Source of the DNA: Lytechinus pictus
Taxonomy: Eukaryota
Direction of reading: 5' to 3'
DNA length: 64,000 nucleotides
Assembly (NCBI RefSeq): GCF_037042905.1
Contig: NC_087260.1
Span: forward strand, 25,544,001-25,608,000
A program made the position numbers and the translations under genes. Below are positions 25,856 to 40,800 of this stretch, piece by piece (the stretch's first letter is position 1; every line of letters begins with the position of its first letter). The notes under the pieces are model-generated. The model was not told the origin of the DNA and did no database searches. It worked only from the letters and a program-made list of their open reading frames with translations.

Positions 25856-28800
25856 TCATCATCATCACCATAATCTATTCATCATTATTGTTCATTATTG
25901 GGTGTAGTCAAATTGTACATGTAGCCCCCTCTATGTAATACAAAAAAAGGTCAATCTACAACATAAATAAAGAAAAAAAAACTTTACAAGCCCTACATGT
26001 ATATCCAGGGATCACGTAGTAACAATAAATCAGCTGTGAAAAGCGTTTAATTAATGATAAAGTTTCGGCAACACCTAAAGTGAGATGGATAAATATTTGG
26101 GTGTATCCTTTCCCTGACACATTTTTTAACTTGCGAGGGAAATAAGCGAAGTCTATTAAACAGCCCCCTAAATTACCCCATTTCTGATTAAAAATTTATT
26201 GGCGATTTGTAAACAGAGCCATTTGAGCCGACATAATTTACAGCCTAAATCATTCCCATGAGAACTTGGTGAAGAAACAAAAGACATAGATTCAGAGCAG
26301 GATGACGAGGCTTGCATACTAGCTATTTTTGTGTGGCTCACACCTAGAATAAATAATTTGATTTTTATACACAACAATATATTTTGCATCATATTTATCA
26401 TTTGCATTAATATAGCTCAAACTATTTCTGTAATGCCACACTATAGCACAACAAATATAATTTTCAATCAAATGCATTTATGAATAATTGTTCTTTAAAA
26501 AAAAAAAAAAAATTCAAAGATTATATCATAATCTCCTAAAATTATATATATTCAATATGCATACACCCATCAAACATTTTTTTGGTACTCATCTTTCACA
26601 CCTAAAACTAATTAATGTTTTTTCAGATCGGGGAGGTGTGAACGCACACATTGAAATTATTCCCAGGGATCTCCAATGTCTTATCAATGTGAACATGGAT
26701 CCCTTATTAAATGTTTGCTTTTAATTGCAAGTCTCTATAGAGGAACGATATTACGCAGCAGACTGTGTGAGTGAATGGGTGTGGAATCGTGGAGGGGCAT
26801 TAAGGGGCGCGCAGGCCTTGGAAATCAATTTGTGAAGCCTTGCAGAAAATCGGCCAGTGGTAGAGGAGAATCAGGCAGTCCCATCCTGGTTAATGACATT
26901 ATTATAGAGTGCAATTTAATTACAGATCCTCATTATGGTGTGTTTAGAGTGAACACTCCTATGCAGTCATGTGACTGCGAGGATGGGTTGTAGTTTGCTG
27001 GTTCAAACCTTTGTCGTTTAGAGAACATTACAAAGAGTCTCGTTTTGAGACTACAAGTACACTTCAGAGGCAGTCTCTTGCTCATATCTTGTCCTTTTAT
27101 AACCTCTGAACTCTCAACTGTCCATGACATGAGCAATGACAGGCAAAGCTAGACTAGGCTCAAGACTTCATTAAATTATATTCAAATGTCCAAATTGGGT
27201 CTGCATGTGCAGACTAATGAGAGAGGTGTGGGGTGGGGCAGGCAGAGAGTGTTGAGAGATGTGCTAATGGTCAACAGATGATGCAACTCAGCATAGGATA
27301 GAGCTCCAAAAGATATGGAAAAACATCTATACATGTAAAGTTTGACTGCACAGAAAACATTGTACAACACAATAATGTTCATTAATACGCACACCGCAAG
27401 GTGCTATTAATGGAATCTTATATTATTATCTTTTTTTTTGTCACAAGAGTAATGACTTTCATCCCTAAGGCTAAAATATGAAGATGTGATATTTCTTTGT
27501 TGCATTGGCACCAATGGCTATACATACACATGTACTGTATGTGAGGGTCTCTGATTCACACATTTCATAAACTCAAGATGTCATTGACTCCTAAATTTTG
27601 AGGAGTCCTCGCCCTTCTGATTAATGGTCATCTATTATGGTAGTGGTCAAACTGACCACATTGGCCTATCATTCAATGCTGAATCAGGTCCCTAAAAAAC
27701 AAAACAATCAATGAGTTTAAACTACAAAATGCAAACATTTGCTTTTGTTTTTAGCATTAGTCACAGATATAAAATGACTTCATTGTCAAAAGCTGTAATT
27801 AAATTATCCTGACATTTGGATTGCGGTGACTGACAATATGCTCCTGACTGTTCAGACCAACACAAGGAATACAAAAGTGAAAGCGAAGACCTCGTCCCAT
27901 TTATAAATAAAAGTCTATTCTGTGAAGAATATTATGAAACACTTAAAGCTAAATGAACGTAGTTGCAGTAAAACACTGAATTCGTGAGAAAGTCTGTAAA
28001 ACCAAGGAAAAGTATTGATATATCATCGTGGATCTAGATCTGGTACAGTTACATGTAAACTGAACTTTGTGAAATCATAATACCTAGCTAAAAACGATCA
28101 CACTGAAGATCGCCAACACAGATAGGCACACGTGGGACAGTGTATTATTATTGCTGGAATAAAGACCCGACGGAAGTGACCGAATCCGCGCTTATTTTGC
28201 TTATTTCTCAGCAATTACACAATTTCTTCCAGAATCCTTTGGCACATATTTTTTATTCATACAAACGGACACTTTGGTGATCTTTATATTAAATTCTGTA
28301 AAAAGTCATTTTGAGATCGTTCCCACAACTGGAATTTATCTTTAAAGCAAGCTTTCATTACAAAATACCACAAACTCAAAGGTGAATATCTATATCTATC
28401 TAGCAGATAAATTTTGACTGGTATCATATTTCTATTTGCTCTGTGCTTTCTCTTTATAAGTGCTACACAAATTGTTTTTATGCATGTCCAGGTTTTCGAA
28501 TAGGACTGTAAACAATGTTTACTTTTTCACCCTATGACTAAAACTGCTTATCAATGAGAACTAGAAATGTTCCCTACTTTTGGCTGTCCTGTCATAGTTT
28601 AAAGATTGAAATAACCACTATATTTGCATATTCATAATCTTGAAAACAATAGAAAGTGAAAGGTAATTAGAGATCCACTTTTCATTAAATTAATGATGGT
28701 ATCTCTTTCCCACAGATACACATAGGCCTATAAATCCATAACTTGAGAAAAAGTCATATGGATACCCTAGCCAATGATGTAGCTCAACAGTTTTTAATCT

Positions 28801-31800
28801 GTGAATCAGTTTCAGTGCCACCAGAATAAGGCTAATCTCCAATTGACATCTAAAACAACTTTTGTGCTCAGATTTGGCCCAATTTAAACGCTTTGTGTCC
28901 AGATGAGATGCCTACATAGTTCAGTGAATTGTGTTCTCATAGCAGATATAAACAACCCAGTATTTGTATGCGTTTCAAGACTTTTAAAAATTTGATGTAC
29001 ATGAATATTATGAGCTCTATGTGCATCACCAACAGATGAGTTTGTTTTATTATACAATGAAATACCAAATAAAAAGGTCAATAAACTTTTAAAGTTTACA
29101 TAATCATAATTTTTATAAAAAATGTGGCTACAAGTAATTAGAGAACACCAGTTTCCTCTCTACAACGTTCCTTTTTCATACCAAATACAACACAATACCA
29201 TACTCGATATTCATGATATTTAGGGTGGTATCTTCTATAAAAAGTCTGAATCACCAGACTAGAATTGCTGCAGATTACAGGTGCATCTCAATGTCAATGT
29301 ACAGCCTAGTGTGGGTGTACACACAAAAATGGATACATCCACACAACACCTATTGTTCTCCTATTCTTTTGTGTAACCTAAAAGATTTAAAGAAAGATTC
29401 ACCTCAAGAGCTTTGTATTCTGATCAAAGTGCCACAAATAACACTTCAATAAGCACTGACTTTGTAGAATTCTGTCCACTGTATTAGATCTGTACATAGG
29501 CTATGTGTTTACAAAAAGCATATTTTACACCGTGCTGAATTTTACCCATTCCAAATACATTATTCCTAAACTTGTGTCATTCTCTAATGATACGAAAGTC
29601 ATGTCTACTGTGAAATTATTACGAAGAGGCTCGGCGAGTTGGTCTGAAATGCTCAGAAGAGAACTGAAAATCAAAAGAAAGAGCCCCAGAACATTCCTAT
29701 TCACTGCAATAGTAAAGCTTATCCAATGTAACAGATTTTGGCAGGCCACAGTAGGTTGTCAAAAGTAAATAGCCCCCCCCAAAATTAGATATGATCTTTT
29801 GTCCGCTGTTCAATATCTTTTTTGTCTTCATGAAATTGCGACAAGAGGTTAACCACCTGTATTATAAGTATTTAGACAGAAATTTTGGGCTACTAGCCAT
29901 GTAAAGGATGAATAATCTCGAGGTGGCCAGCTCCAGAACCAGCTTTGAAAGCTGTCAAATATGTACCAGGAATCTTAGATTTCTGTCTGCAAACCAGCAT
30001 TCAAGTAAAAAATCTTATAATTTCAGTAATTATACTACTCACCTGCAACTTGTTTGAGAACAGGTTTCTCAGGTTCTAGCCAAACCTATAGAATGAGAAA
30101 AAAATATGAAAATGAAAATCCATAATTTATTGTTCGAAATAGGCATGAAATGAAATACTCAGAAAATTTGCTTTGCCCAATTGATCGTGGGCCCGGCAGC
30201 CGCTGTGCAGCGCCAGATCGACGAGGCTCTATCCCTTTAATTGTTGAACACCTAACAGGGTAGCAGCAACTCCAATCTTTTAACGTCTTTTGGTCTGATG
30301 CAGCCGGGGTTTGAACCCCCGACCTCCCGGTTGTGAGACAGACGCTCTACCAACTGAGCCAACACACCTCATGAAAATGAGGAAACCAACAAAAAATTAT
30401 GGTTGTATTGTTATAAAGCAATCACATATAATATTTCCAATTATCTGCTTGCCATTGAAGCGATGATTGGGTATGAATCACTTTTTAAAGTGATTTTAAC
30501 CGAACTGCATTGTCTCCTACCGGATCGTTGATAACAATATGATAACAATATGATTCTGCAATGTATCTTGAGTGGTGAATATAGGAACATATCTTGGGGG
30601 TGGGGGGTCTTGGAGATGTGGCCCTTTCCTCATCTCCCGTTCTCATTCACGCTTTCTAAATCTAGTTTACTGGAAACCGGTTCAGGAAACCAGTTATGAA
30701 GATCGCTTTGCTTGCGTTCCCTTTTGATCACACGAAAGTGGTTTTCAAAATCACTTCACATAAAGCGATCTTGTTGCTATGGGAATGCTCTCAGTGGGGT
30801 GACACGTTTCGAGCGAAATTCGAAACCGCAGCTTGGGCATTCTACACACAGTGTGTGGAGTAGCGCGCTCAAAATGTGCAAAGATCTCTTCCTGAAGAAT
30901 GGTTGTGTCCTCACTTACACTAAAACCAGTTTAACGAAGCAAAGCGATCTTGAAAACTACATCGCGAGGTAGTTTTATGAACCGGTTTGGAAGATCGCTT
31001 CCAACATTGCTTCGACTGTTCTCTTTAGACGTTAAACTAGTTTCCAGTAAACTAGTTTTAGGAAGGTAGTGAGAACGGTGTCATAGTCTTGTCCTTCTAA
31101 TCCTCTCTTCTCCCTTCCTTATCCTTACCTTCCAATCCTGACTTCTACCCTAATCCACAAAGTTGTACTGACCAAGCTAAGCGAGGGAGTCAGTAGTTTC
31201 AACTTATACCCCTTTCACAAACCCATCCTCCAATTATCCGCCTAAGAGTAATGCAGATAATTCAATAAAAATTGCATTCACAAACTCCGAAAATAATCCG
31301 CACTATTTTTTTATGAGCGCCCGTACTGAAAAAGGCGGATAATTGTCATGGCAATTGCACACGCCCCCTCCGATGGGGTTGTGTATGAAAAGGGTGACCT
31401 TTTGTGACCGCACCATGGCAATTATCCGCATTTCTTTGGAAATGCGTTCACAAAGCCAAATCTGGTCCCGATGCTGCTATTATGCGGATAATTGCAGCAT
31501 CGAAATGATGCGGATAACTCTGGTCCCGCTCCGATTTTACAACCAAATTATGCGGATATTATCCGCATAATTGGGTTTGTGAAAGGGGTATTAATCATCT
31601 CTCCATAAATGCCCCTACCTGAATTCTACATATTTGTATGTTATCAAATACACTTATCCCCCCGAAAATAAATAAATCATTAACGATATTTGCTAATTAG
31701 AATATGAACAAATTCAAAAGAAAATCAAGCTCAGCTCAATGTAGTTTTCAAATCCTCACACCCCTCCCCATTCCTCAATCTAGCTTTGCCCCGTCAAGTA

Positions 31801-34800
31801 TAAAATGAGATGTAAAGAGAGATCATTGTAAAGCAATTCCACATTGTTCGTATATCAACTATTATCCAAACTAATCATGGATTCAAAGCTCACAATATGC
31901 CGATCTAATAATACCCCTTTCATTAATTTGTGAGTGCTGAGTACACATGTACGCAAACATTTTTCACGAAATTAATAATGACGGATCTTACCTCCCAATT
32001 CCAATTTCCAATGCAATTAGTTTCAGAAATAGAGCACCTAATTACAATTTCTGGAGTAAGTAATATTTCTGAATATAGAAACAAGGACAATTGTAGATAC
32101 CAGAGAAACCTTCATCCCTCAAGGTTAAAGAAAATTATTATGTTGATCTCTTATCGATCGCATGGCCATATTTGATTATAACCCCAACAATATGATTAAT
32201 AACAATGTTGTGACCTCAGCAAAGAAATAGTGGGGAAAGTTTTGCAATCCAGTGTGTTCATGCTGTATAATCTGATCAAAGTTAAACTATGATCATTTAA
32301 AAGAAGTGAACATAACATGCTTAATCATGGCACATGACAGAAATCTAGAAGTATCAGGGCCAAACTAGTGTTCAGAAACATAATAATGTCCTGATAGATT
32401 TAATCATTTCATAATGATTCAGGTAAAAAAAATAAATTTTAGTGCTACTTTTTAAGATGAAATACATAACTTACCAGATGATCTCCCTTTGTGTAATATT
32501 CCAAACCAAAGTAATCCATCTCATAAAGGTTGAGACATCGACAACATTCAAGAAAAACATCTACACCTGTTGCATTTTGCTGAAATGAGAGAGAGAGAAA
32601 AATTGTTATTACAATCATGGTGTAATCATACAGGAAAAAATGAATGTCATATTAAAGTGATAAATAATTTCTAACACTAACCAAAACATACTTATCAAGA
32701 ATAGTATTCTAACTATTCTTTATCCTGAATTATTAAATAATTATGTATCCTGAACATGTGTGTCATACATACAAACCAAAACATATTGTATATTAAGAAT
32801 ATTGTATTGTTATCCAATTTCAAACTTACATGTAGGCTTTAAGTATTATATAGTATATAGGCTATACAGTAATTCAATATTATAAGAAATTATACAAATA
32901 TCTTTGAAGAAGGAAAATTTAGGATTCATATTCATCAATTACTAAATCATGATGACAAAAACAATACCAGAATGGTAATGAGCTTTAAAACAAGAGTTTG
33001 GGGATCAGTGCCACGCCCCTTCTCAGTTCTACCAAATCCCCATTCCTAGTCATTTTGGGTCAAGAGGCAAAACGGACCAGATTCAGGGATGAGAACACAC
33101 CTAGCCATGACAACATTGACCTGGAAATGACCTTAGCACCAATATACCCTGGGGTGTGTGGTTAATAAAAATGAGGATAAACAATATGTTTCCTTAAAAG
33201 CCACTGCAATCTTCTCCACCATTATTTATCACCCAGCTTCAATATATTGACATGATAGGGGCTGTATCATATTGTCTGACTTTTCATTGTCATGTTTATA
33301 ATTGGAATGAAACCGAAATATTGGAATAAAATGAGTCCATGCAAGGGCAAATCTCTAGGCATTCTTGTCAATAGAACCAGTATCAGACCTAATTTCAATC
33401 TACTTTCTTCAAATGGTTTCCCTTAAATCGGTTAAGGAAACCGGGTTAGGAAATCAGTTTACAAGATCTCTTCCTGCAGCATTCTCATCATGATCTTCTG
33501 AACTAAAATATAAGGAGCACTTCATCAACATTGATTTTTTTTTCCAACAAGTTGTCTGATCTGACAACTTTCCATGAGTTTGATTGGCTGAGAAGCACTG
33601 TTACTATGGTAACTGTCAGATAAAACAAACTTCGTCAGATAAAACGTCTGACATGTCCTTTCATGAAATGTTTGAAAAGTGATTTTGCTCTAAGTGGGGT
33701 CATTATATCTTTATTTTTTTTAATTATTGTCTTTTTGTTGTAATACTGCTTCAAGTTCACATCAGGTATACATCTGAAGACTAGGCACTCTTGGCCCTCG
33801 TAACTGGGGCAGAATGGGGTGATTAGGGTGTAGGACTGGAAGCCTATTGGAAAAGAAAGAAGGGATCGAGCAGCCAATTTGGAAACGATCTAGAACTTGA
33901 TGATGGTATCTGGCATGAAGTGAGCAGGACTTGCACTCTTCATAAGCACAGATTAGGTTACAACAGACTGACAGGTATCGGGATGTAGCACCGTATTGCT
34001 CGCTCGGCTGAAAGTCATACATGTATGAATGGATATGATAAGTTATAAAGCTTATTGACAAGTTATAAGCTTATTTGTCTACACATTTTTTTAATTGATA
34101 AGAGGCACTGGCAAAAGAATGAATGCTGCTTTCTATTGGGATTTTATTCATAAGGACATGTTATCAATTCCTACATGTAGGCCTATATTCCAAATAAAAA
34201 CATCTCACAGCTTCATGTGATAAGATAACATAAATAATAGCAGTGACAGAACATGCATTGTGGGCCTTGTGGTCAAATAAATACTTTATTTAAATTTAAT
34301 ACATATAGCTCAAATATAATTGAAAGAGTGAATGTTGCTAGGAATCTTGTTTCACATACATGTAGCATGATAACTGCCTTTTTTTTTTTTGGGGGGGGGT
34401 TGCAGAGTCATCAATTTACACAACAAATTACTGGTTTATAGGACCTTTGGTATAAAAAAAGGCTGATTTTAAACCAAATGCGAAACAACATTATATGGAG
34501 GATTTTTAAGTAACCTTCAAATTTATGAAGAATCTTTCATATTTTGAAATTACTTAAAGTGATAATTCTTTAATCTCAAAATTACACACACAAAATTCTC
34601 TCAATATTATCTTCTTACACGAGAGGTAATATTTGATTTGGGGTTGGAAAATAAGAAAATACTGAGTACTACTTACTACTTTGCTTTCATTTTATAAACT
34701 TTTCATTTTATTTGCTTTCATTTTATAGACTTTTCATTCAGAGAAAAGCACTTTGCAATGCATTACTTTATGACATGGTTAAAATAAATGGTTAAGAATG

Positions 34801-37800
34801 GAATAGTTTTGATACTTAGTGGCCTTCAAAATACCTCAATTAAATTCCTACAAATGAACTTTCAATAAACTGCTATTTTTGCCTTCTTCCAGTCTTGCAG
34901 TCCGCTGACTTTGAATAGCATTAATGGTCTGCTTCCTAATCACTTTAGGGCGTTGGACGACTAGACATTTTCTATTCATAGAACAAACTACCGTTTCAAC
35001 CCCCGTGCACAGGAAAATGACATGTGACACACGTGGAAACTAATACATGGGACCATTATAAGCAGAACTACTCAATTGACTGCATCAGACAAGCATGGCA
35101 GATCAGTCATCACACATGGATAGAGTTCACAATCATTAAAATATTTCCTTTTTTTGCAGCACGCACAATTCACACACTAAAAAGAAGAAGGATGATGGTA
35201 TAATACAGCAGCTAGCAAAATTTTGACAAAACAAGAATTTTAATGACTTCCTTAAAAATTGACCAAACAAACATGAACCAAGTCCTCATATCTGATAAAA
35301 ACAGGTTTGCAATTTTCACCATATAGTGCTCTTATCACACCTATCTTGATTGTAAGATCAGATTGTATGATTAGTGATTGAAAGTAATTACAGAGAGTGG
35401 CTATGTTGGGTCAATGACTTCTTTGCTGCTCTCTCTTATCAATTTCATGAACTTTTGTTATTTTAATTTATTAAGTGCTGTATTATATGTTATTCCATTC
35501 AGAAATCTTTTTATTTTACATGTATTACGCTATTGAGACTTGTTAAGAAATAGATTGGAAGCTGAATTTTTCATGAATATAGATTGACTATTCCAGAATG
35601 TTACAACATATATGATCACCTTCTAACAAAGTTACACTCAGCAGTATAAATGTAGCATATTGGTATGTTGTACATGTATTTTGACTTCAAAGAAACAAGG
35701 ATGAATCATTATCACCTAATTATGACACATGTGTATTATGTAATACATGTAGGCCTTATAGCTGTACATTTACATATATATATATTGCCAGAGCAGATAC
35801 AAGTAACATACATGTACATGTATCAAGAAATTTCCCTTTTTGAACATTTTTCTTTCATTCTTGGCACTTTGACACTCATCCAAACTTTCTCATTCTTTCT
35901 TTTTCTTGTGAACTTTAGAATAGAATATGGCGCCATATAAATGCCTTTTATTATCATTATTATTATTATTATTATCATTATTCTGTGATAACTGGGTATT
36001 GAAGCGAGTTGAATTAATACATTCTCACCTTCTTTAATATTTATAAGTAAAAAATAACCAAGATACTTTTTACTTTTAAATAAACAGAATAAATAATATA
36101 AGTACATCTGTGCTACATGTATAAATACACATACTGTATATATGTGCCTGCACTTTTGGAGCATTCAATATAGGCGTATATGTATTTGTATAGGCCTATA
36201 TGTAATTTCTGGGATTTTCTGCCATAAAATCATGGATAAAGTAAAAAAAATCAACAAAAAAAGCTACCTAAAACATTTAAAGGTCAAGTCCACCCCAGAA
36301 AATTGTTGATTTAAAAAAATAGAGAAAAAATTAACTAGCATAACGCTGAAAATTTCATTAAAATTTGATGTAAAATAAGAAAGTTATGACATTTCAAAGT
36401 TTTTGTTATTTTTCACAAAACAGTGATATGCACAACTAAGTGACATGCAAATGAGACAGACGATGATGTCCCTCACTCACTATTTCTTTTGCTTTTATTG
36501 TTTGAATTATACAATATCTCATTTTTTACAGATTTGACAATAAGGACCATCTTGACTGAATTATATAGTATTAAACAATGCTAATGTATGTTCAGGGAGG
36601 AATTATCTGTTGCTTCACTTGACAATAAGGAGAAAATCTTGAATTAACACATAAAATCTCTTAATGGAATAAAAAGCTAACTAGGGCCTTTAATTTCAAG
36701 CATGAAGGTGGAGCATCATAGTCAAAGGCAGTCTGAAAGTTGACAGGTTTTACAGCTGCTGGCTCACATTCTGTCAACCAATTAATAAATACAGGAAACC
36801 TACAGCCATTCCCTCCTATATTCACTATCGATGGATGCCGGATTATAAGAAATCAACGCTACGCACAGCGCAGGGCATAATACGCATCGTAGGTGAATAC
36901 ATCTCGGATGAATAAACTGGATGCTTATTGGGAAATTCAGGATTGCGTAACCCCAGTGTATGACTACATGATGGGCAAGCCATTTCTTCACATGATCCTA
37001 TTTATTCACATATCAAGCAGTCAATTGTTTGATATCAAGATTGCCAACACAAAAAGATTTTATATTAAGAGAGACACACACAAGATAAGGGGGGTGTTTC
37101 ACAAAGATTAAAGTATGACTTAGAGTCGCACTTAAATGCCGAGTTGCATGTGGTATAAATGACATCACCATAATACTGCGTATAGATCAATAAGATTGCG
37201 CGTTGCATATGTCAGCATTTACATTAAGTGTGAATACAAGTCATACTTACCTGTAAATCTTTGGGAAACATCCCCAGGTCTAAGAATTCATTCGAGAAAA
37301 GAAAGATGACCCCCAATTTTATTTTTCTTGATTTCAAGAAGTAGGATTGAATGATGTAACAGCTTGCCATACTGTACGTACACGTACATGTATGTAGACA
37401 GAAACACCATTCTCATTACGCTTTCTGAAACTAGTTTACTGGAAACCCGTTCAGGAAACCAGTTTGGGAGAACGCTTTGCTAGCGTTCCCATTTGATCAC
37501 ATGAAAGTGGTTTTCAAAATCACTTCACGTAAAGCGATCTTGTTGCTATGGGAACACTCTAAGTGGGGCGACACGCTTCGCGCAAAATTCGAAACCGCAA
37601 CGTAGGCATCCTACACATAGTGTGTGGAGTAGCGCACTCAAAATGTGCGAAGATCGCATACCGAACAACGGCTGTGTCCTCACGGTAAAACCAGTTTAAC
37701 GAGGCAAAGCGATCTTGGAAATTACATCACGAGGTGGTTTTATGAACCAGTTCGGAAGATTGCTTCGACCGATCTCATTACACGTTAAACTAGTTTTAGG

Positions 37801-40800
37801 AAGGTAGTGAGAACAGTGTCATACTCTGGAAAAAAAAATCCAGTTGTGACAGGCCTTTAATTAGGGTCCAGGCAAGTTGTCATCAGTCGCAGCATCGCAG
37901 GTGAATATTCTTTGTAATTAAGAGATAACACTGAATCATGTTAATGAATAAGAGAGGGAATTCAAGTCAATGATGATCCCTGGTGGTGTGACCCAACTGT
38001 GGACAAAAAAACCCTCAAGGTTTTCTTCTCTTCTCAACAGACACTGGGGGAACATTTCAAAGACTTTTAATGAAACTAGAAAGCTCCTGTATTTCTACTT
38101 AAAATTACTGATAGTTAAATAGTGATGCGCATGAAGCAGTGCTGATGCTAGGTTAATTGTTACTCATGGGATAGATAATGAGACATGAAGTCTGGCTGAG
38201 ATTTCGGCTGAGATTTCAGCAGTGATTCTGACAGGAATGCACTTTGTAAAGTCTCTCTCCTCATTCACAGTCAGTAGAATAAAAATAATTTGCAAGTAGA
38301 TTTTTTTTTTAAATACAGAGCAGTCTTTTCACAATGACTCCCCCTCCCAAATATTATATATATCATAATATTTAGCTTTTAAAATAATAACAAATGACAA
38401 AGTATATTAGCCTTCTTGAAATTGTGAATGCAGGACGGAGTTGCAATACAGATGAGGGATGGGTGTTGGATAACAAACCTATTTGGCCTAGATGAGCTCA
38501 AAGTCCAAGTGAAATACAAAAACAGCATTTTTTCAGCCTCTGAATTTTATTCTAGGGGGAATAAAATGGAACTCTTGCCAATATACCTGTACATGATACA
38601 TGTCTTTGACACATTATACATCCAATGTAGAACTATACATTGATAACACACTAAGTGCTTCAACCGCAAGGAAAAAAGGCTCTGTATGATAAATATGGAT
38701 GGGACAGTAATATTGGATTACACTGATATTCTTCCCACAGGGCTGATTCTGTAGCCTAGGAGGAGCACCAAGTCCGCATCTCCCATCCCATTGCCCCATC
38801 CATCGATTCTTTCCCTGGAGAAGTGTGCGAACAACACACATGCATTTTCACACACTCGAGCATGTAGACGAATCTCCCATGCACGGTTCATGTAATTAAT
38901 CGTAATAAAACCCCCCTCTCCTCTGCCCAATCAATTGTAAAATGAATGTATGAAGCAGTGAGAAATAAAAAGGAATCCCTTCTGTCTGTAGAATTTGGGT
39001 GTGTTTGTACAGTTCATTTCGCAGAGGAAGAGGGAGTCTCTCGCAACGCTCATCCAATTGCAATTCATGGGGGGAGGGTAAAGTGCTTAGCTTTCCAGGG
39101 GCCCGTTGCAGAAAGAGTTGCAATCAATTGCAACTCTAAAAATCGTAACTTGATTTTCAACCAATAAACAATGTGCATTTCGGACTTGCGATTGATTTTT
39201 TGACCTGCGTTTAAACGCAACTCTTTCTGCAACGGACCCCTGGCCTGATACTTTGCAAAGAAAAATAAAGCATCACTAGAAAGGCCAAGATGTATGGCTA
39301 GATATAAGTAACAATGATAAAGTCATCATGCGTAATTGCGCATACATATCAAATCTAGTAAATGCACATGAAGACCTACCGTATACTGTAAATACATATC
39401 AGGAAAGATGTGTGTATCTTGTGTGTCTTTCCTTGAAGTTCATCATCTTTTAGCTATGACTGGAATCTATGGATAAGATTTTAAAGCATGTCGCCTCACA
39501 CGGTGATATCCTTGGAAATAGACAAGACTCATCGGAATCTATCAAGCTGTGCTGAACCATATCAAACACGAAAGCCAACATCAGACCTCATTCACACTTG
39601 ACATATCCTTGAGTCATCGGAATCCATCAAGATGTAATGAACTATGTTGTGTATCAAACATGAAAGACATACATGTAATCAGGCCCTTTTCACACCGACA
39701 CTCAAAACATGAAAGACACCATTCGGCCTCATTCATATTGGCAAATCCTTGAGTTCTTGAAATTTATCTGTGTTGAACCATATCACACATGGAAGTCATC
39801 ATGAGGCCCCATTCACACTGATACATCTTTTGAAATACATGTAGAATCAGTTCAAACTGCATTGATTGAACCATAGACCCACATTTAACACCTCAGATGT
39901 GGTAGATAAAGGTCTTCGGTTGAATAATATTATACCTTACAAAGTTTTTACCTTGCCTTATTCATATTAAAACATCCTTCAAGATACTATAGACGTGTGT
40001 ATCAAGCAGAAGTGAATCATCATGGGGCCCCATTCACACTGAAATATCATCAAAATTTGGCAAACATTTGGCATGGATACGCAGAAGGAATAGACTCAAT
40101 CTGGGTTGAACCTAAACCTCAAAGCCATCACAAGGCCTCATTCACACTGAAATATTAAACTGAAAAATAGGAATTACTTATAGCTGCAATTACATGTACA
40201 GTGTATGAGAACACTGTCTAATGGCACTATTCACACCAAAAACATCCTTGGAAATGGTATCAGAATTGCATCAAGCTGTGTTCCTATCTGAGGTCCTACT
40301 TGATAGCTTTGAAATGAGAGCTACGTGTAGCACAAGGCCCTATTCATACTAAGACACCGTTCTCACTACCTTCCTATAACTAGTTTAGTGGAAACTAGTT
40401 TAGTGGAAACTACATGTAGTTTAACGTTTAATGAGAACGGTCGAATTGATCTTGGAAGCGATCTTCCAAACCGTTTCATAAAACCACCTCGCGATGTAGT
40501 TTTCAAGATCACTTTGCCTCCTTAAACTAGTTTTAGCGTAAGTGAGGACACAACCGTTCTTCGCACATTTTGAGCGCGCTACTCCACACGGCAGGTGTAG
40601 AATGCCTACGCTGCGGTTTCGAATTTTCTTGTGAAACGTGTCACCCCACTGACAGCGTTTCCCTAGCAACAAGATCGCTTTACGTGAAGTGATTTTGAAA
40701 ACCACTTTTAGGTGATCAAATGGGAACGCTAGCAAAGCGATCTTCCAAACTGGTTTCCTGAACCGGTTTCCAGTAGTTTTTTTCAAAACCTCACGCACCT

